DNA from: Bdellovibrionales bacterium
GTDB lineage: Bacteria > Bdellovibrionota > Bdellovibrionia > Bdellovibrionales > JAUICD01
Assembly (NCBI GenBank): GCA_965203275.1
Contig: OZ241865.1
Span: forward strand, 2,368,001 to 2,432,000
Direction: 5' to 3'
DNA: 64,000 nt
How positions within the stretch are numbered: the stretch's first letter is position 1; every line of letters begins with the position of its first letter. A program made the translations under genes and the position numbers. The notes beneath the pieces were generated by a model. The model searched no databases and was not told where the DNA came from. It worked only from the letters and a program-made list of their open reading frames with translations. Below, in pieces: positions 32,118 to 43,364 of the stretch.

Positions 32118-32247
32118 TAAAAACAGTCTAAAGCCAGAGAACCATTCAATTGGATTTTTAACAATAATCCTATATGCCTATAAATAAAGCATGCTTGTAT
32201 GAAAGCCAAAATGAATTTTAAATTTAGGGCTTACTTTGAATCTGCCT

Positions 32248-34775
32248 CTATTGTGTAATTTCCAGGATGCCATCTTGACCTTCTATAAATCCAAGCCTTT
32301 CATTTATAGAAGTCTCTAAACTTTGTATTGTCGTATGCAAATTTCTGATATCTTCGTTGTTTAAGTCCATAACTTTTGTGGTCCCAATGAGTTCATCATA
32401 CCTTGATGCTAACTGAGATGTCAGCTCTTGTGATTCCTTTAAGATGTCTTTCTCTATACCAAATCCATTAATAAACATATCGTGTCGATGTATTTCTGAA
32501 ACTATATGAATACGATTTAAAGTCATCTGTAGATATTCTTTAATAATGTTAGAATATACTGCATTTTTCATAGATTCAGTAATCGCTTCAGCGAGGAGAT
32601 CTTGATCTTCGCCAATGAGCCTTAGATAGCCATTTTCTAAAAATTGACTATCAGTATATAACCCTCCTCCTTTGTGATAGGCTTCTGTATATCCAAGTGG
32701 TTTTATTTGCTTTGTACTTAAAATCAAATCTTCTAAGGTTGTAGCCTCAAGAATGGAAGATGGACTATCAAAATTATTATAATTCCCCCTTAATAACCAC
32801 TTAACATCAATAGACAGTACATTCTCATTCTCAACATCAATAGTAGATCTTTCATTCTTTATTATTTTTCTAAGGTCGCTTAATATTTCTCCTACATTTA
32901 TAGATGCCCTAAGAGACTTTTCTTTTAATGCGTCGAATTTTATCATGTCATTATCAATAAATTTTGTTAATTCATTTACTAATGTCCTATCTTCATCTTC
33001 AAACATTCTTCTTAGATGATCTGCATCTATTCTCTCTACAGCCTCATTTACCTCTGCATAATAATTCTGTGAATCTAGTTTTTTTATTACTTGATGCAAT
33101 TGCAAAGGACCATAATATAAAGGATCATTATTGTTCTTTATTCTTATATTTTCTATTACTCTTGTTGTTATAGGACGATCACGAGATGAAGAATTTGAAG
33201 TCACATCATTAACATCATAACTATCAATTATAAATTGGTCGTCAATATATTCATTATTTATGATTTTTTTACGCAAAGATTCATCTATTACTTCTGCTAA
33301 CGGCCCATTTTCAAATAAAGATTTAAGATGATTTCTCTGTTGAATTAGTCCTCTTATCCTTTCTGCAGATTTTGACGGATGTTTTCCGAATCTATTATCT
33401 CTGATTCTTCCAAGGTAGAATTGTAATTGGGACAAGGGGGTATTTTTTACCCTACCTTCCAGCAGGCTTAGTATTCTTTTATCATCTGTTTCAGTTGTTT
33501 CTAATAAAATATTCTGATACTTTTCCAACAATTCATTTTCTAAAAAAAGCTCTTTTATGGCTTCTTGTTGTGTTGTAATGCTTGTCAATGTTGCTCTTCC
33601 TTCGTTCCATTGATTATCACGAATCATAGCCAAATAAAAATCAGCTTTGACTTGATCCAATTGATGATTCATAGCTATCAGAGAGTTATCAGATACCCAG
33701 AAGCCCTCATCAAATGAACCACGTCCCCTCTCAATTTGTATCCTAGGATTATCTAAGGCTGGTATGTCATTTTCAGGAATCATTTCAAGAGACTCCCCTG
33801 CATTTAGCTGAGAAGAAGCAGATTGCACCCGTGGAAATTCTTCAAAATGTTTAGAAGATTTATGCATAAAAACAAGACCGCGACGAGCTACAAGTATTGG
33901 CCCTATCATTCCCAAAGTGGCAACTTCTATCGCAACCTCTGCCCCCATTTCTCCACTAAACTGAGTTAAAGAAGCCCACTTTTGTCTATAATTAAGACAA
34001 GGAAAGCGATCAATAGCTCCCACCATAGCCTCTTTAATAGAGTGACCTATCAAATAACCAAAATCTCCTACTGTTTCACCTGTGGCAGTTATTGCTACAA
34101 CAAGATCAGGGTAATACACTGCTTGATTTGATCGACGCTCTAACCATTTTTTATAATTTTCTTTGTTTGTACTAGCAAAAGGTTGTATAGCTTCCTGGAT
34201 TTGAGTTTTCTTCGTTTGCATGTCTGTTCCAAAAAGCCAATTCCACAAACCACTAATCATATTAACAGTATTTGTCCAAAGATCAGATGCACCTTCTTTA
34301 ACTCCTAATGCACCTTCTCTAAATCTATTTTCATCTTCTGCAATTTGATCACAAACGATCCGATCTTCTAATGGCACTTCCTGGCAAGTGGGACTATTTA
34401 CAATCCCTTCACACATCCTCACAACATCTGCTATTGAAAGTGGAGCATAAAATCCTGTCAGATCAGGATCCACTACACGTTGATAATGAGCAACAATATT
34501 ACGGCCAAGAGTAGACAGTCCTTCAGACATATCCATCCTTAAAAATAAGCGATTGATTTCATTTTGAGATGGTATGTATGATACTGCATTGGGGTCTATA
34601 GGATCCATCACAGAATGCAAATCTACATGGCCAGAAGAATGATCTTGATTTTGTTTGAAGTCACCTGAAAAATAAACCCCACTGATGACCAATAACAATA
34701 AAGATAGGATAAAAGTATTGACTATGACGCGACGTGTTGGGGGGGGGGGGTGAACAGATTAAATTTAAATTTCAT
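32248..34775 (-). CDS. Large exported hypothetical protein; poly-C tract puts ATG out of frame
   Basis: Long ORF; GAGG RBS and ATG 34775, C12 at 34739-34750, then signal-like RRVIVNTFILSLLLLVIS in the main frame. Confidence 0.78.
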
Positions 34776-34972
34776 AATAAATGCCTCTTGTACCTAGTTG
34801 TATTAGATTTGAAATGAGTATCTAAAAACTTTTTAATATTCAATAGCTTTCAAATAACTTATCGATCATCAATTATAAAAACTTTAATCATTTATTTGAA
34901 TTGAATAGCTACAAAATAATTTTGAGTTAATTCAGTTAGTTACAAGTATACAAAGAGTTTTATGCCACTAGA
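34739..34972 (-). promoter_or_regulatory. Shared promoter/RBS/poly-C leader cassette, copy B
   Basis: CTAGTGGCATAAAA...TACTTGTAACTAACTGAATTAAC...CATTTCAAATCT...GAGG.ATTTATTATGAAA shared with copy A. Confidence 0.75.
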
Positions 34973-35020
34973 CTTTTGTTTTGCGACAGAGTTTGATTGA
35001 TTTGCTGGCTTATTTCTTCC

Positions 35021-35206
35021 TCAGTTTTTTAGCCCATTTTTTATGATGGTGAAGCAAGTTTCCTTATCATCAACGCCGATAATTAACCAGCCACCTTGTA
35101 GAGATTCATGGTTAGCAATGGCTGAAATATCTTTGCCATATTTTTGGTTCCATGTAGATTTTAATTCAAGATAAGGATAGTCGATCTCATGTAAACGACT
35201 TGCTTG
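35021..35206 (-). pseudogene. Fragment of AlbA_2 (Schlafen-like) domain gene
   Basis: Translates to LELKSTWNQKYGKDISAIANHESLQGGWLIIGVDDK; no start codon. Confidence 0.7.
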
Positions 35207-35227
35207 CTACTAAAACTTTAATGTCCA

Positions 35228-36187
35228 TCAAAGGTCAACTTTAACGAATGCTTCATGACGTCTTTGGTCTAACCAAACCCTCAAACGATTTTGAAAAGCT
35301 TCTTGATATAAAACTCTATGAATATGGGCTTTCCTTCTAGTCAAATCAGGGTCTTCAATGAGTTTCTTATCTACTAATTGTAAAATATGAAACCCCCTTG
35401 CTCCCCGAATAACTTTAGAGAATTGTCTAGGTTGAAGTTTTTGTATGGCTGTATCAAAATCTTTTTGCATTTCATTCGATTTAAACTTACCTAAAGCCCC
35501 TGCAACGACAGAAGAAGATTTTTGATCATTGTATCGTGTTATGAGTTCCTCAAAGCTTGTACCAGATTCTAAAAGAGCATAAGCATCTTGAGCTTGTTTC
35601 TGTGTTGCTTGCACATCTTGCAATCTTGACGAAGTCCAACGAAACAAAATGTGTGCTACTGTATATTCAAATTTTGGTACTCTGGCTTGCCCACTTTGTT
35701 CTCGCACATAATAATAATTGGCAATGTCATCATCAGATATAGAGATATAAGGTGTGATGATTCTTTCTATTAAGGCTTGTCTTTCTAATTTTGTTCTAAT
35801 AAATCTGCGATATTCTGGTAAGGAGATATTTTGTTTTTGTAAAGCCTCAATCAGCTGTCTGCGATTAACTCGGTTCATTTGAGCAATGTTATTGATTTCT
35901 TGTTCAATGCGTTCTTCTGACACAGTCAAACTCTGCCTTTTAACTTCTATATCCACAAGCTTTTCGTTGATGAGATGGGTCACCAATTTTTGAGAGTCTG
36001 ATAACAATTCAGGAATGTTTGTCACCAACGTATCATCTAAAAATTGATTATTTCTCAGCTTTTGTTTATAATCATCAATATCCATCTGTGTGATGGTTTG
36101 ATCGTTGACTATGGCCACAATCCGTTCAATTGTTTTACCAAAAACCATTGTAGTATATAATAGAACCACAAGAATTATTCTTATCAT
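35228..36187 (-). CDS. surA: SurA-like peptidyl-prolyl isomerase/chaperone
   Basis: IERIVAIVNDQTIT N-domain; parvulin HIL...GFHILQL. Confidence 0.88.
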   Translation of the reverse strand: MIRIILVVLLYTTMVFGKTIERIVAIVNDQTITQMDIDDYKQKLRNNQFLDDTLVTNIPELLSDSQKLVTHLINEKLVDIEVKRQSLTVSEERIEQEINNIAQMNRVNRRQLIEALQKQNISLPEYRRFIRTKLERQALIERIITPYISISDDDIANYYYVREQSGQARVPKFEYTVAHILFRWTSSRLQDVQATQKQAQDAYALLESGTSFEELITRYNDQKSSSVVAGALGKFKSNEMQKDFDTAIQKLQPRQFSKVIRGARGFHILQLVDKKLIEDPDLTRRKAHIHRVLYQEAFQNRLRVWLDQRRHEAFVKVDL

Positions 36188-36299
36188 AACTGTATCTCCT
36201 TATTTCCCATTTTATTTGTTTTTATCATTCTGCTTGCTACTCTGCTACTTTTTTTAGAGTATTTTTTATACTAACATAATATTTTCTTAATAGCAACCT

Positions 36300-37420
36300 T
36301 GTTTCTTTCACTAAAAGTGGTCTAGCCTCTGGCTACTTTTGGGCAATGACCGCAATGGCTTTCGCCATTGGCAAAATGGTCATTGCCTCAAAAGCCTGAC
36401 CACTTTTAGTAGGAAGGATCCTTTCCTCTTTTGACACAATGTTAAGGAAACAGAGTTTCATTTTTTTGTTTTTTTTATTCTCTTTTAGATTCTGCGTAAC
36501 TCTCAAAAAAACATGAATATTATGAGTGGGAGGCGGGGGCGGGCTGAAGGAGTTGTTTCACTAAAAGTAAACTAGCCGTCTTTTGCACTAAAAGTAAACT
36601 GACCTCTGGTCACTTTCTGGCGATGACCACGATGGCTTTCGCCATCGGTAAAATGGTCATCGCCTAGAAAGCCTGACCACTTTTAGTAGGAAGGATCCTT
36701 TCCTTTTTTGACACGATGTTAAGGAAAAAGTTTCATTTGTAGGCCTGGTTGCTCTTGAGGTAATAAAAGAAATTTTCCTTAACATGGTGTTAAGGGAGAT
36801 GGATATTCTGCCTACTCAAAATGAGCGGATTTTTGAGGCATTGCTCTTTTTGGACAGCGATAGCTGTCAGAGCAAACATCCGAAGGAAATCTTTTTCCTT
36901 AACATGCTGTTAAGAAATGAGGACATCCTTCTTCCTAAAATTGAACAAGCTTTTGAGGGAGTTAGCCTTTGATCGACGACGACAGTCGTCGGGCTAACTG
37001 CCCAAAAGTAGCCAGAGGCTAGTTCAATTTTAGGGAAACAGAGGTGTGGCTCATTTTGAGTGAAATGTTAAGGAAAAAGTTCCTTTATTGCATTGAGCTT
37101 GCTCTCCAAAAACATTTTAGAGGCATATCTTGTTTCCCTAACATGGTGTAGAGGAATAAAAGGATCCTTCTCTACTCAAAATAAATAGATTTTCTAGGCA
37201 GTTAGCCTTTGATCGACGGCGGTAGCCGTCGGGCTAACTGCCAGAAAACATGCCAGAGGCATGATTTATTTTGAGTGAAACAAAGAGCAAGCTCAATTGA
37301 GGACTTCGGAAGGCTCACACTGCCCTATCCTCAAGTAAAAACAAAATGAAAAAGCAGAATCAAGGGTGGGGGGTGGGGTTAGGGATCATCCTTCTGATGT
37401 CAGGATGCCGGATCCCAGAT
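36300..37420. repeat. Cluster 5 of palindromic elements
   Basis: Copies 36306-36452 (-), 36585-36727 (-), 36894-37040 (+) and 37132-37282 (+). Confidence 0.9.
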
Positions 37421-37626
37421 TATGCTCTTCTTCATTTAACAAACTGTGTTTTAAGCATTGACTTTGATGGTTTTAAACATAGAAAATAAAATGAGCTGTA
37501 CTAAACAAAAATATAATAATATTAAAGGGTTTACTTTAAACAATAAAATATTTCATCTTCAATAGGACTTTAATTTTTCAAATGATGGCCTTCAACATCA
37601 AATTTATAGGGAATATTTAAATTAAA

Positions 37627-38406
37627 ATGTCTATTATAATATTTACAATCCTTTTAGGGTCACTTGTGGGGATACTTTCTACTCTTTTGGGATTAGGAGG
37701 TGGGATTCTTTTTGTAACTTTTATACCTCTTTTATATGAAGGTATTGATCATAAAACAGCTATTGGTACAGCTCTTGCCAGTGTATTCTTTATTGTCTCA
37801 CTAAACACATTAAGATTTCATAAAAGAAAACTTGTCAGCTGGAATACTGTCTTTAAACTTACACCTGCTGCTTTAATCACAGCCTTTTTCGCTGGTAAGT
37901 TAGCACATGACATTCCAAATGAAATATTAATTTTATTCTTAGCTGGACTTCTAGGTTTTTTGTCCTTCTCATCTTTTATTAAAAAACCTAAGAGAACAAA
38001 ACCTGCTTCTTTTTTTAAAATTAACTTTTTAGGTATGTATGCAGGAGGCATTTCAGGTTTTACAGGCATTGGTTCTGGTGCTATAACAAGTACTTGCTTT
38101 TTGAATTGGAATCTTTTACCTAATTCAAAAGTATCCCCTACAAGCAATGCTGTTATGGTCATCACAAATTTATCAGGATTGATTGCTTACCTCAACTTAA
38201 AAGAAATATCTTTTGACTGGTCTATACAAATGGGTTACGTCAGATGGGATATTGCTCTTTCGCTTTTTTTGTCTTCATTTTTAACTGCTTTTTTTGGTGT
38301 GCGTTTTCAAAGCCATATTTCAGAAGATCAACGTCGCTTATCCATCGCTTATCTGCTTTTAATTTTATGTATTTATGAATGCTATCAGTTTTATCAATTT
38401 TTATAA
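37627..38406 (+). CDS. Sulfite exporter TauE/SafE family protein
   Basis: LLGLGGGIL..P and GFTGIGSG repeats; multiple TM segments. Confidence 0.88.
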   Translation: MSIIIFTILLGSLVGILSTLLGLGGGILFVTFIPLLYEGIDHKTAIGTALASVFFIVSLNTLRFHKRKLVSWNTVFKLTPAALITAFFAGKLAHDIPNEILILFLAGLLGFLSFSSFIKKPKRTKPASFFKINFLGMYAGGISGFTGIGSGAITSTCFLNWNLLPNSKVSPTSNAVMVITNLSGLIAYLNLKEISFDWSIQMGYVRWDIALSLFLSSFLTAFFGVRFQSHISEDQRRLSIAYLLLILCIYECYQFYQFL

Positions 38407-38668
38407 CAACACTATAACAACAAAAAAGCAACAAAGAAGAAGAACAGAGAAACAAACTTGGTAGTAACTAAAAGACCTAAGGCATAATGCATTTGTGAAA
38501 GCCCTGATACAAGCTAAAACAAAGTAACATTGACTTTGATAATATATATGAATAGAGTAATTATAGTTTTTTAATTTTATTAAGAATCTACAAAAGGACT
38601 TAATGTTGAAAACATTAATATTAACAACATCTATTCTATTACTCATTAGCTTTTAATTTTATATATTT

Positions 38669-40057
38669 ATGAGTACGACTCATTTTATTCATTTTTATAA
38701 TAGTAAAGCCTGTCGATACAATAACTTAACAGGCTTTTCAATAGATCAAATTAAAGGCTATCTTAAAGGATCTTTAATTATATCTTTTTGTATATATATT
38801 CTTTTTTATTCTTTGCTGTCTTTTGCTCTACCTTCTCGCAAGTCAAATTATAAGATAGACAGTCCATTTTTAAACGACAAGACTTGGAGCCAAATTCATT
38901 GGAAACAATCAAATAACAAATCTTCTCAAGCATGGCTTCCTAGTCGTATGTTATTTGATGAGTGGTACTTTGCTAGATATGCTATAGCATCTCAAATGAC
39001 CATTGCTTTTTATACTGATAGCTCTCCAGCTTTAAATCATATTATTAATAAGAACCAAAAACTTAAGATCAATAAAGTCACCCCAACATATATTCAAGTT
39101 CAATTTCAAGGACAAAAACTTTGGGTCTTACGCCATCAGCTCACAATAGATACTGAAGATATTGGGTATCTCGTCTCAAAACACAAAACCCCTTTAAGAG
39201 AAGTCCCATTGCATAAGTCAAAGGTTATAGGATATTTAAAGCCAGGTCTGAGATTGACACCTGCAAATTTTCAAAAGGATTTTGCTCTGATCCACTGGAA
39301 AAATAAACCTTATTTTGTCCCTTTAAGCTATATGCTGTCCCGATTAGATTTTATAAAAAGAGCCAAGATAGATCAACAATGGGTTGATGTATTGTTTGTC
39401 ATAGGACATTTTATTAAAACAATCAATAATCAATTTGTACCCGTAAGTCAAATAAAAGGGATGCAGGGCAGGGAACTTTTAGCTTACACAATGGCTTTAA
39501 AAACCTCTATCCATAGTAGTCCTGATGTGAAAGGACAAATTATTCAAACACTTTCCCCATTTACACCTCTTCTTCTGATAGCTAAAGATCATCTTCAACT
39601 TCATACAAAACCTCAAACTGTGATGACAACTCATCAGCTTTTTGATCGTAAACTATTTGACGTAGCATCTACAAAGGGCTTAATGTTAGCTTCTGCAAAA
39701 GGTATTTTTAAATCATACAATGGTAATTTATGGCAGAGATTAGCTTTTTTTGAGGATAAAGACTTTCCTTTAGCTATTTCACCTGAAGGTAAAATTTATA
39801 TAGGTCCCTATAGAAGTACAGACCTAGGTAAAACATTTCAACAGTACATTCGATGGGATTTTGTTTTTGATGTACTCAAATCCAATGGCATACATGCTGT
39901 CTCTGAATTGAGAATCAAAGATATTGAGTTTTTAAACCACAATGCGAAAAAACTTAGACTTACATTAAATATAGGTCGAGATGGGTCTCAAAAGATGAAA
40001 TTAGCAAAGATTATTAGCTACGACGAAGGAATGACTTGGCAGTCAGAAATCAATTGA
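38669..40057 (+). CDS. Exported hypothetical protein with SH3-like segments and BNR/Asp-box motifs
   Basis: LREVP...VIG.L; STDLGKTF and SYDEGMTW Asp-boxes. Confidence 0.65.
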   Translation: MSTTHFIHFYNSKACRYNNLTGFSIDQIKGYLKGSLIISFCIYILFYSLLSFALPSRKSNYKIDSPFLNDKTWSQIHWKQSNNKSSQAWLPSRMLFDEWYFARYAIASQMTIAFYTDSSPALNHIINKNQKLKINKVTPTYIQVQFQGQKLWVLRHQLTIDTEDIGYLVSKHKTPLREVPLHKSKVIGYLKPGLRLTPANFQKDFALIHWKNKPYFVPLSYMLSRLDFIKRAKIDQQWVDVLFVIGHFIKTINNQFVPVSQIKGMQGRELLAYTMALKTSIHSSPDVKGQIIQTLSPFTPLLLIAKDHLQLHTKPQTVMTTHQLFDRKLFDVASTKGLMLASAKGIFKSYNGNLWQRLAFFEDKDFPLAISPEGKIYIGPYRSTDLGKTFQQYIRWDFVFDVLKSNGIHAVSELRIKDIEFLNHNAKKLRLTLNIGRDGSQKMKLAKIISYDEGMTWQSEIN

Positions 40058-40617
40058 GCTAAAATATATTTTTTGATTTCTGCAACTTCAGCCATACGAC
40101 CAAGTCCTTCTTCTCCACAGGCAAGAGGTCCTTGCTTTCCTAGTATAATCTCTACCCCCCAGTTTTTTAAACTTTGAAGTGCTGTTTGTGTCGCTGGATA
40201 ATTTAACATCTCTTGATTCATTGCAGGAGCAATTAAACAAGGGGTTTTAAAATTATTTGCAATAAAACAACTACTTAAAAGATCATCTGTTATCCCTGCA
40301 AAAACTTTATTAATAAAACAAACAGTTGCAGGGCAAATAACAAATAAGTCAGATTGTCTTACCAAATGAATATGATCCATTTGATGTCCTTTTTGATACA
40401 TTTGTGTCAAAATAGGCCGAGAAGTTAAGCCTTCTAATGTACTACTCCCTACAAATTTTAAAGCTTTTCGAGTGGTCACAATTTGAATCTCATGTCCTGA
40501 CTGCACAAGGTCAGAAATTAACATGCAAGCTTTGTAACAGGCAATAGAACCTGAAAGTCCAAAAAGTATTTTTGCTTTTTTCTGCTTTTTTTGAGAAGAC
40601 ATACTTGATACCTCCAA
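40018..40617 (-). CDS. coaC: Phosphopantothenoylcysteine decarboxylase (stand-alone CoaC flavoprotein)
   Basis: SGSIACYKA, HIHL, PAMN and LACGEEGLGRM motifs; no CoaB half. Confidence 0.9.
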   Translation of the reverse strand: MEVSSMSSQKKQKKAKILFGLSGSIACYKACMLISDLVQSGHEIQIVTTRKALKFVGSSTLEGLTSRPILTQMYQKGHQMDHIHLVRQSDLFVICPATVCFINKVFAGITDDLLSSCFIANNFKTPCLIAPAMNQEMLNYPATQTALQSLKNWGVEIILGKQGPLACGEEGLGRMAEVAEIKKYILAQLISDCQVIPSS

Positions 40618-40671
40618 TCTTTTAAAAAAACTTTACAAAAATTTCATTGTCATCTAAAACCACTATATTGC

Positions 40672-41292
40672 TTATGAACAATCAGAACAATACGATATTA
40701 AGTCTGCAATACAACCTATCTTTAAATGATGCTCCGATGCAAAAATCTTTAAATCTTGAGGTCTTGCCATCTCTCCATCCTCTCTGAGGATCTCACAGAT
40801 CACAGCTACAGGGTTTAAGCCTGCCAATCGAACTAAGTCAATGCTACCTTCTGTGTGACCTGCACGTTCTAAAACTCCACCATCTCTTGCTATAATAGGG
40901 AATACATGACCTGGTATTATAATATCTTTTGGTTGAGAATGCACATCAGCAACAACTTTCATGGTATGCACCCTATCCGGCACAGAAGCTCCTGAGGTAA
41001 TACCACTAGATGCATCTACACTCATTGTAAAATAAGTCTGTTGTGGAAGTCTCTTTTTTTTTTCACTCAAAGGATGCTTCATTAACGGCAATTCTAATCT
41101 ATCTGCTTGTTTTTGAGTTATAGTTAGACAAAGTAAGCCTCTTGCATGATGTAACATGAAATTCACAATTGAAACTGTTGCGTGACAAGCTGCGACAACC
41201 AAATCACCTTCATTTTCTCGGTCTTGGTCATCCATAAGAACTACCATACGACCTTCTTGGATATCTTGAATCAGATGTTTAGGATGATCCAT
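40672..41292 (-). CDS. ribB: 3,4-dihydroxy-2-butanone-4-phosphate synthase
   Basis: DDQDRENEGDL, PGHVFP, RAGHTEG and CEI motifs. Confidence 0.96.
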   Translation of the reverse strand: MDHPKHLIQDIQEGRMVVLMDDQDRENEGDLVVAACHATVSIVNFMLHHARGLLCLTITQKQADRLELPLMKHPLSEKKKRLPQQTYFTMSVDASSGITSGASVPDRVHTMKVVADVHSQPKDIIIPGHVFPIIARDGGVLERAGHTEGSIDLVRLAGLNPVAVICEILREDGEMARPQDLKIFASEHHLKIGCIADLISYCSDCS

Positions 41293-41514
41293 TGAGTTTC
41301 TCTTAATAAGTTAGACTGCATAATAAATTTATAACTTAAGAGATTGGTTTTTTAAATAACATTGTTGCATGAAAAATAAAATCTTTGTTTATTTTTATAG
41401 GCCTTTTTTAAGAAACTAGTAGCTCTATTCTAAAAGGGGATCAATCAAAGGTTGACTGCTGTATACTTTACTTTTACTGTTTGTTAGACATCATTTATAA
41501 TGTCTTTTAAAATG

Positions 41515-42009
41515 TTATGCATTAAAGATTTTTTTCATCTTACCCTCAATGTCAGCCTCTTTACTTTTAGTGGCAATAGCTAGCTCTTTTATAAGAAGCC
41601 CTCTGGCTTTATTTAACATCTTTTTTTCACCAAAGCTTAATTGCTTATCAACCTTTAATAAAAAAAGATCCCTTAGGACTCTTGCTACCTCATAAATATT
41701 ACCTGTTTTGATTTTCTCCATATATTCTCTATAACGACGATTCCATGTTTGATTGTCAATTTTATCAAGCTTATGTCGTTTTAAAAGACTCAATACTTGA
41801 ACGGCTTCACCCTGATTGATCAAAGATCTGACTCCTACATTATGGGCGTTACTCTGAGGGACCATTATTTTCATTCCACCTTCTAAAATTTGTAGACAAT
41901 AAAATGTCTGAGGTTTACCCATGATTTTTTGAGTGTTGATATTTGTAACTCTAGCTACTCCATGTCCTGGATAAACAACATGCTCTCCTATTTGAAACTG
42001 TGTTTGCAT
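41515..42009 (-). CDS. carD: CarD/CdnL family RNA polymerase-binding regulator
   Basis: VVYPGHGV, WNRRYREYMEKIKTG and LSFGEKKML motifs. Confidence 0.93.
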   Translation of the reverse strand: MQTQFQIGEHVVYPGHGVARVTNINTQKIMGKPQTFYCLQILEGGMKIMVPQSNAHNVGVRSLINQGEAVQVLSLLKRHKLDKIDNQTWNRRYREYMEKIKTGNIYEVARVLRDLFLLKVDKQLSFGEKKMLNKARGLLIKELAIATKSKEADIEGKMKKIFNA

Positions 42010-42368
42010 AATAAAATCTCCTTGTATTTATAACGCCTATTGTCAAAAATAAAATATTTACTTAAGCTAGTCATACCATCTATAAAGCTATGAATCAAAC
42101 TTTTATATTTATTTCACAGCATTTTTATTGAAATAACTGTATTTTAGATAATTTTTATAAGGTGTATAAATAAAGAGCTTATAAATTCTACAAAAATCTT
42201 TATTTCTATGTAAAAAATACTTTATATTTATAGCTAGTTTAAATAAATGGTCAGTCCTTAAAACACATAGCCTCAGAATATTTTTTATTAGAAGGGCAAG
42301 TCATTCGTCCAGAGCCAGTTTAATAAATAACTAAAGGTTGTTTATTTTAAGTGAAATAAAGGCATAGC

Positions 42369-43364
42369 TTAATGAAACACAATATCGTTATGAATCAAAA
42401 GCCTATCTTTGACCTGACAGCCTGAAAAGATGACAGAATCATGTACAGCAACACCAGAACCTAATATAACGTTATCTCCTATGACAGAATGTCCACTGAT
42501 TTTAACTCCGTTGCCTATCTTCAGTTTATTTCCTAATAAAACTGTTTGGACATCATCAATGTATGGCAGATTGTGATCTATTTGTGGTTTTAAATACTTT
42601 GACATAATTGCTTTTAAATAAGTATTGTTTTGTTTTAGATTCAATAAAGCCTTTGTAGTCTTCAAAAAATCCACTTTATTGCCTGTTTCAAACCAATATC
42701 CATTTTCATATACACATAACACATTGTCTCCTTTTTGAATTGCCATGGATAAAACATCTTGAAAAATATGAGTGTGTACTTGGACTCGTTTTAGATATTT
42801 AAAAATACGGTTAGAGAGCAAATAATAACCTATAAAATGACCTGCTACATGCATATTTTTTTGAGGTATATTTTGAGGTATATGACCAAAACGCATAATT
42901 TGATGTGTTTTCTTATGAAACCATACCGCAGAATAATGACTAAAACCTTTATAAGGTATTAAAACTAAAGTGGCTAAAGCATTGTGTTGTTTGTGCTTTT
43001 CATAAGCCGTCTTTAAAAACTCTGGATTGTCAGGAAGAAATACAGTATCTCCATTGACAACAAAAAAATCTTTTTCATCTTTAAAATATTTTTTAGCATT
43101 TTGAATGCCAGCAGCAGCTCCTAATAAATAAGGTTTTTCTTCTATAAAGTGCATAGAAGGTGAGATGTCTTTTAAAGTTTGAACCATTTGATCAGATAAG
43201 TGATGTAGATTACAAACAAACTCTTGCACCCCTGCTTTCAAAAGAGGAGTGATCGCATAATACACAATAGGAATGTTCAACAAGGGTAAAGATGGCTTAG
43301 GCCATTTATGAGTAATAGGTTGAAGTCTGCGACCTAAACCTGCTGTTAAAACAAAAGCTTTCAT
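42369..43364 (-). CDS. NDP-sugar nucleotidyltransferase (MurU-like)
   Basis: LTAGLGRRLQPIT...PKP, NGD, C-terminal beta-helix; coupled to AmgK-like gene. Confidence 0.88.
   Translation of the reverse strand: MKAFVLTAGLGRRLQPITHKWPKPSLPLLNIPIVYYAITPLLKAGVQEFVCNLHHLSDQMVQTLKDISPSMHFIEEKPYLLGAAAGIQNAKKYFKDEKDFFVVNGDTVFLPDNPEFLKTAYEKHKQHNALATLVLIPYKGFSHYSAVWFHKKTHQIMRFGHIPQNIPQKNMHVAGHFIGYYLLSNRIFKYLKRVQVHTHIFQDVLSMAIQKGDNVLCVYENGYWFETGNKVDFLKTTKALLNLKQNNTYLKAIMSKYLKPQIDHNLPYIDDVQTVLLGNKLKIGNGVKISGHSVIGDNVILGSGVAVHDSVIFSGCQVKDRLLIHNDIVFH

Noticed and set aside
42295..42365. Additional element copy
   Set aside because: Only a degenerate right-end-like TTATTTTAAGTGAAA; fold cannot be reconstructed
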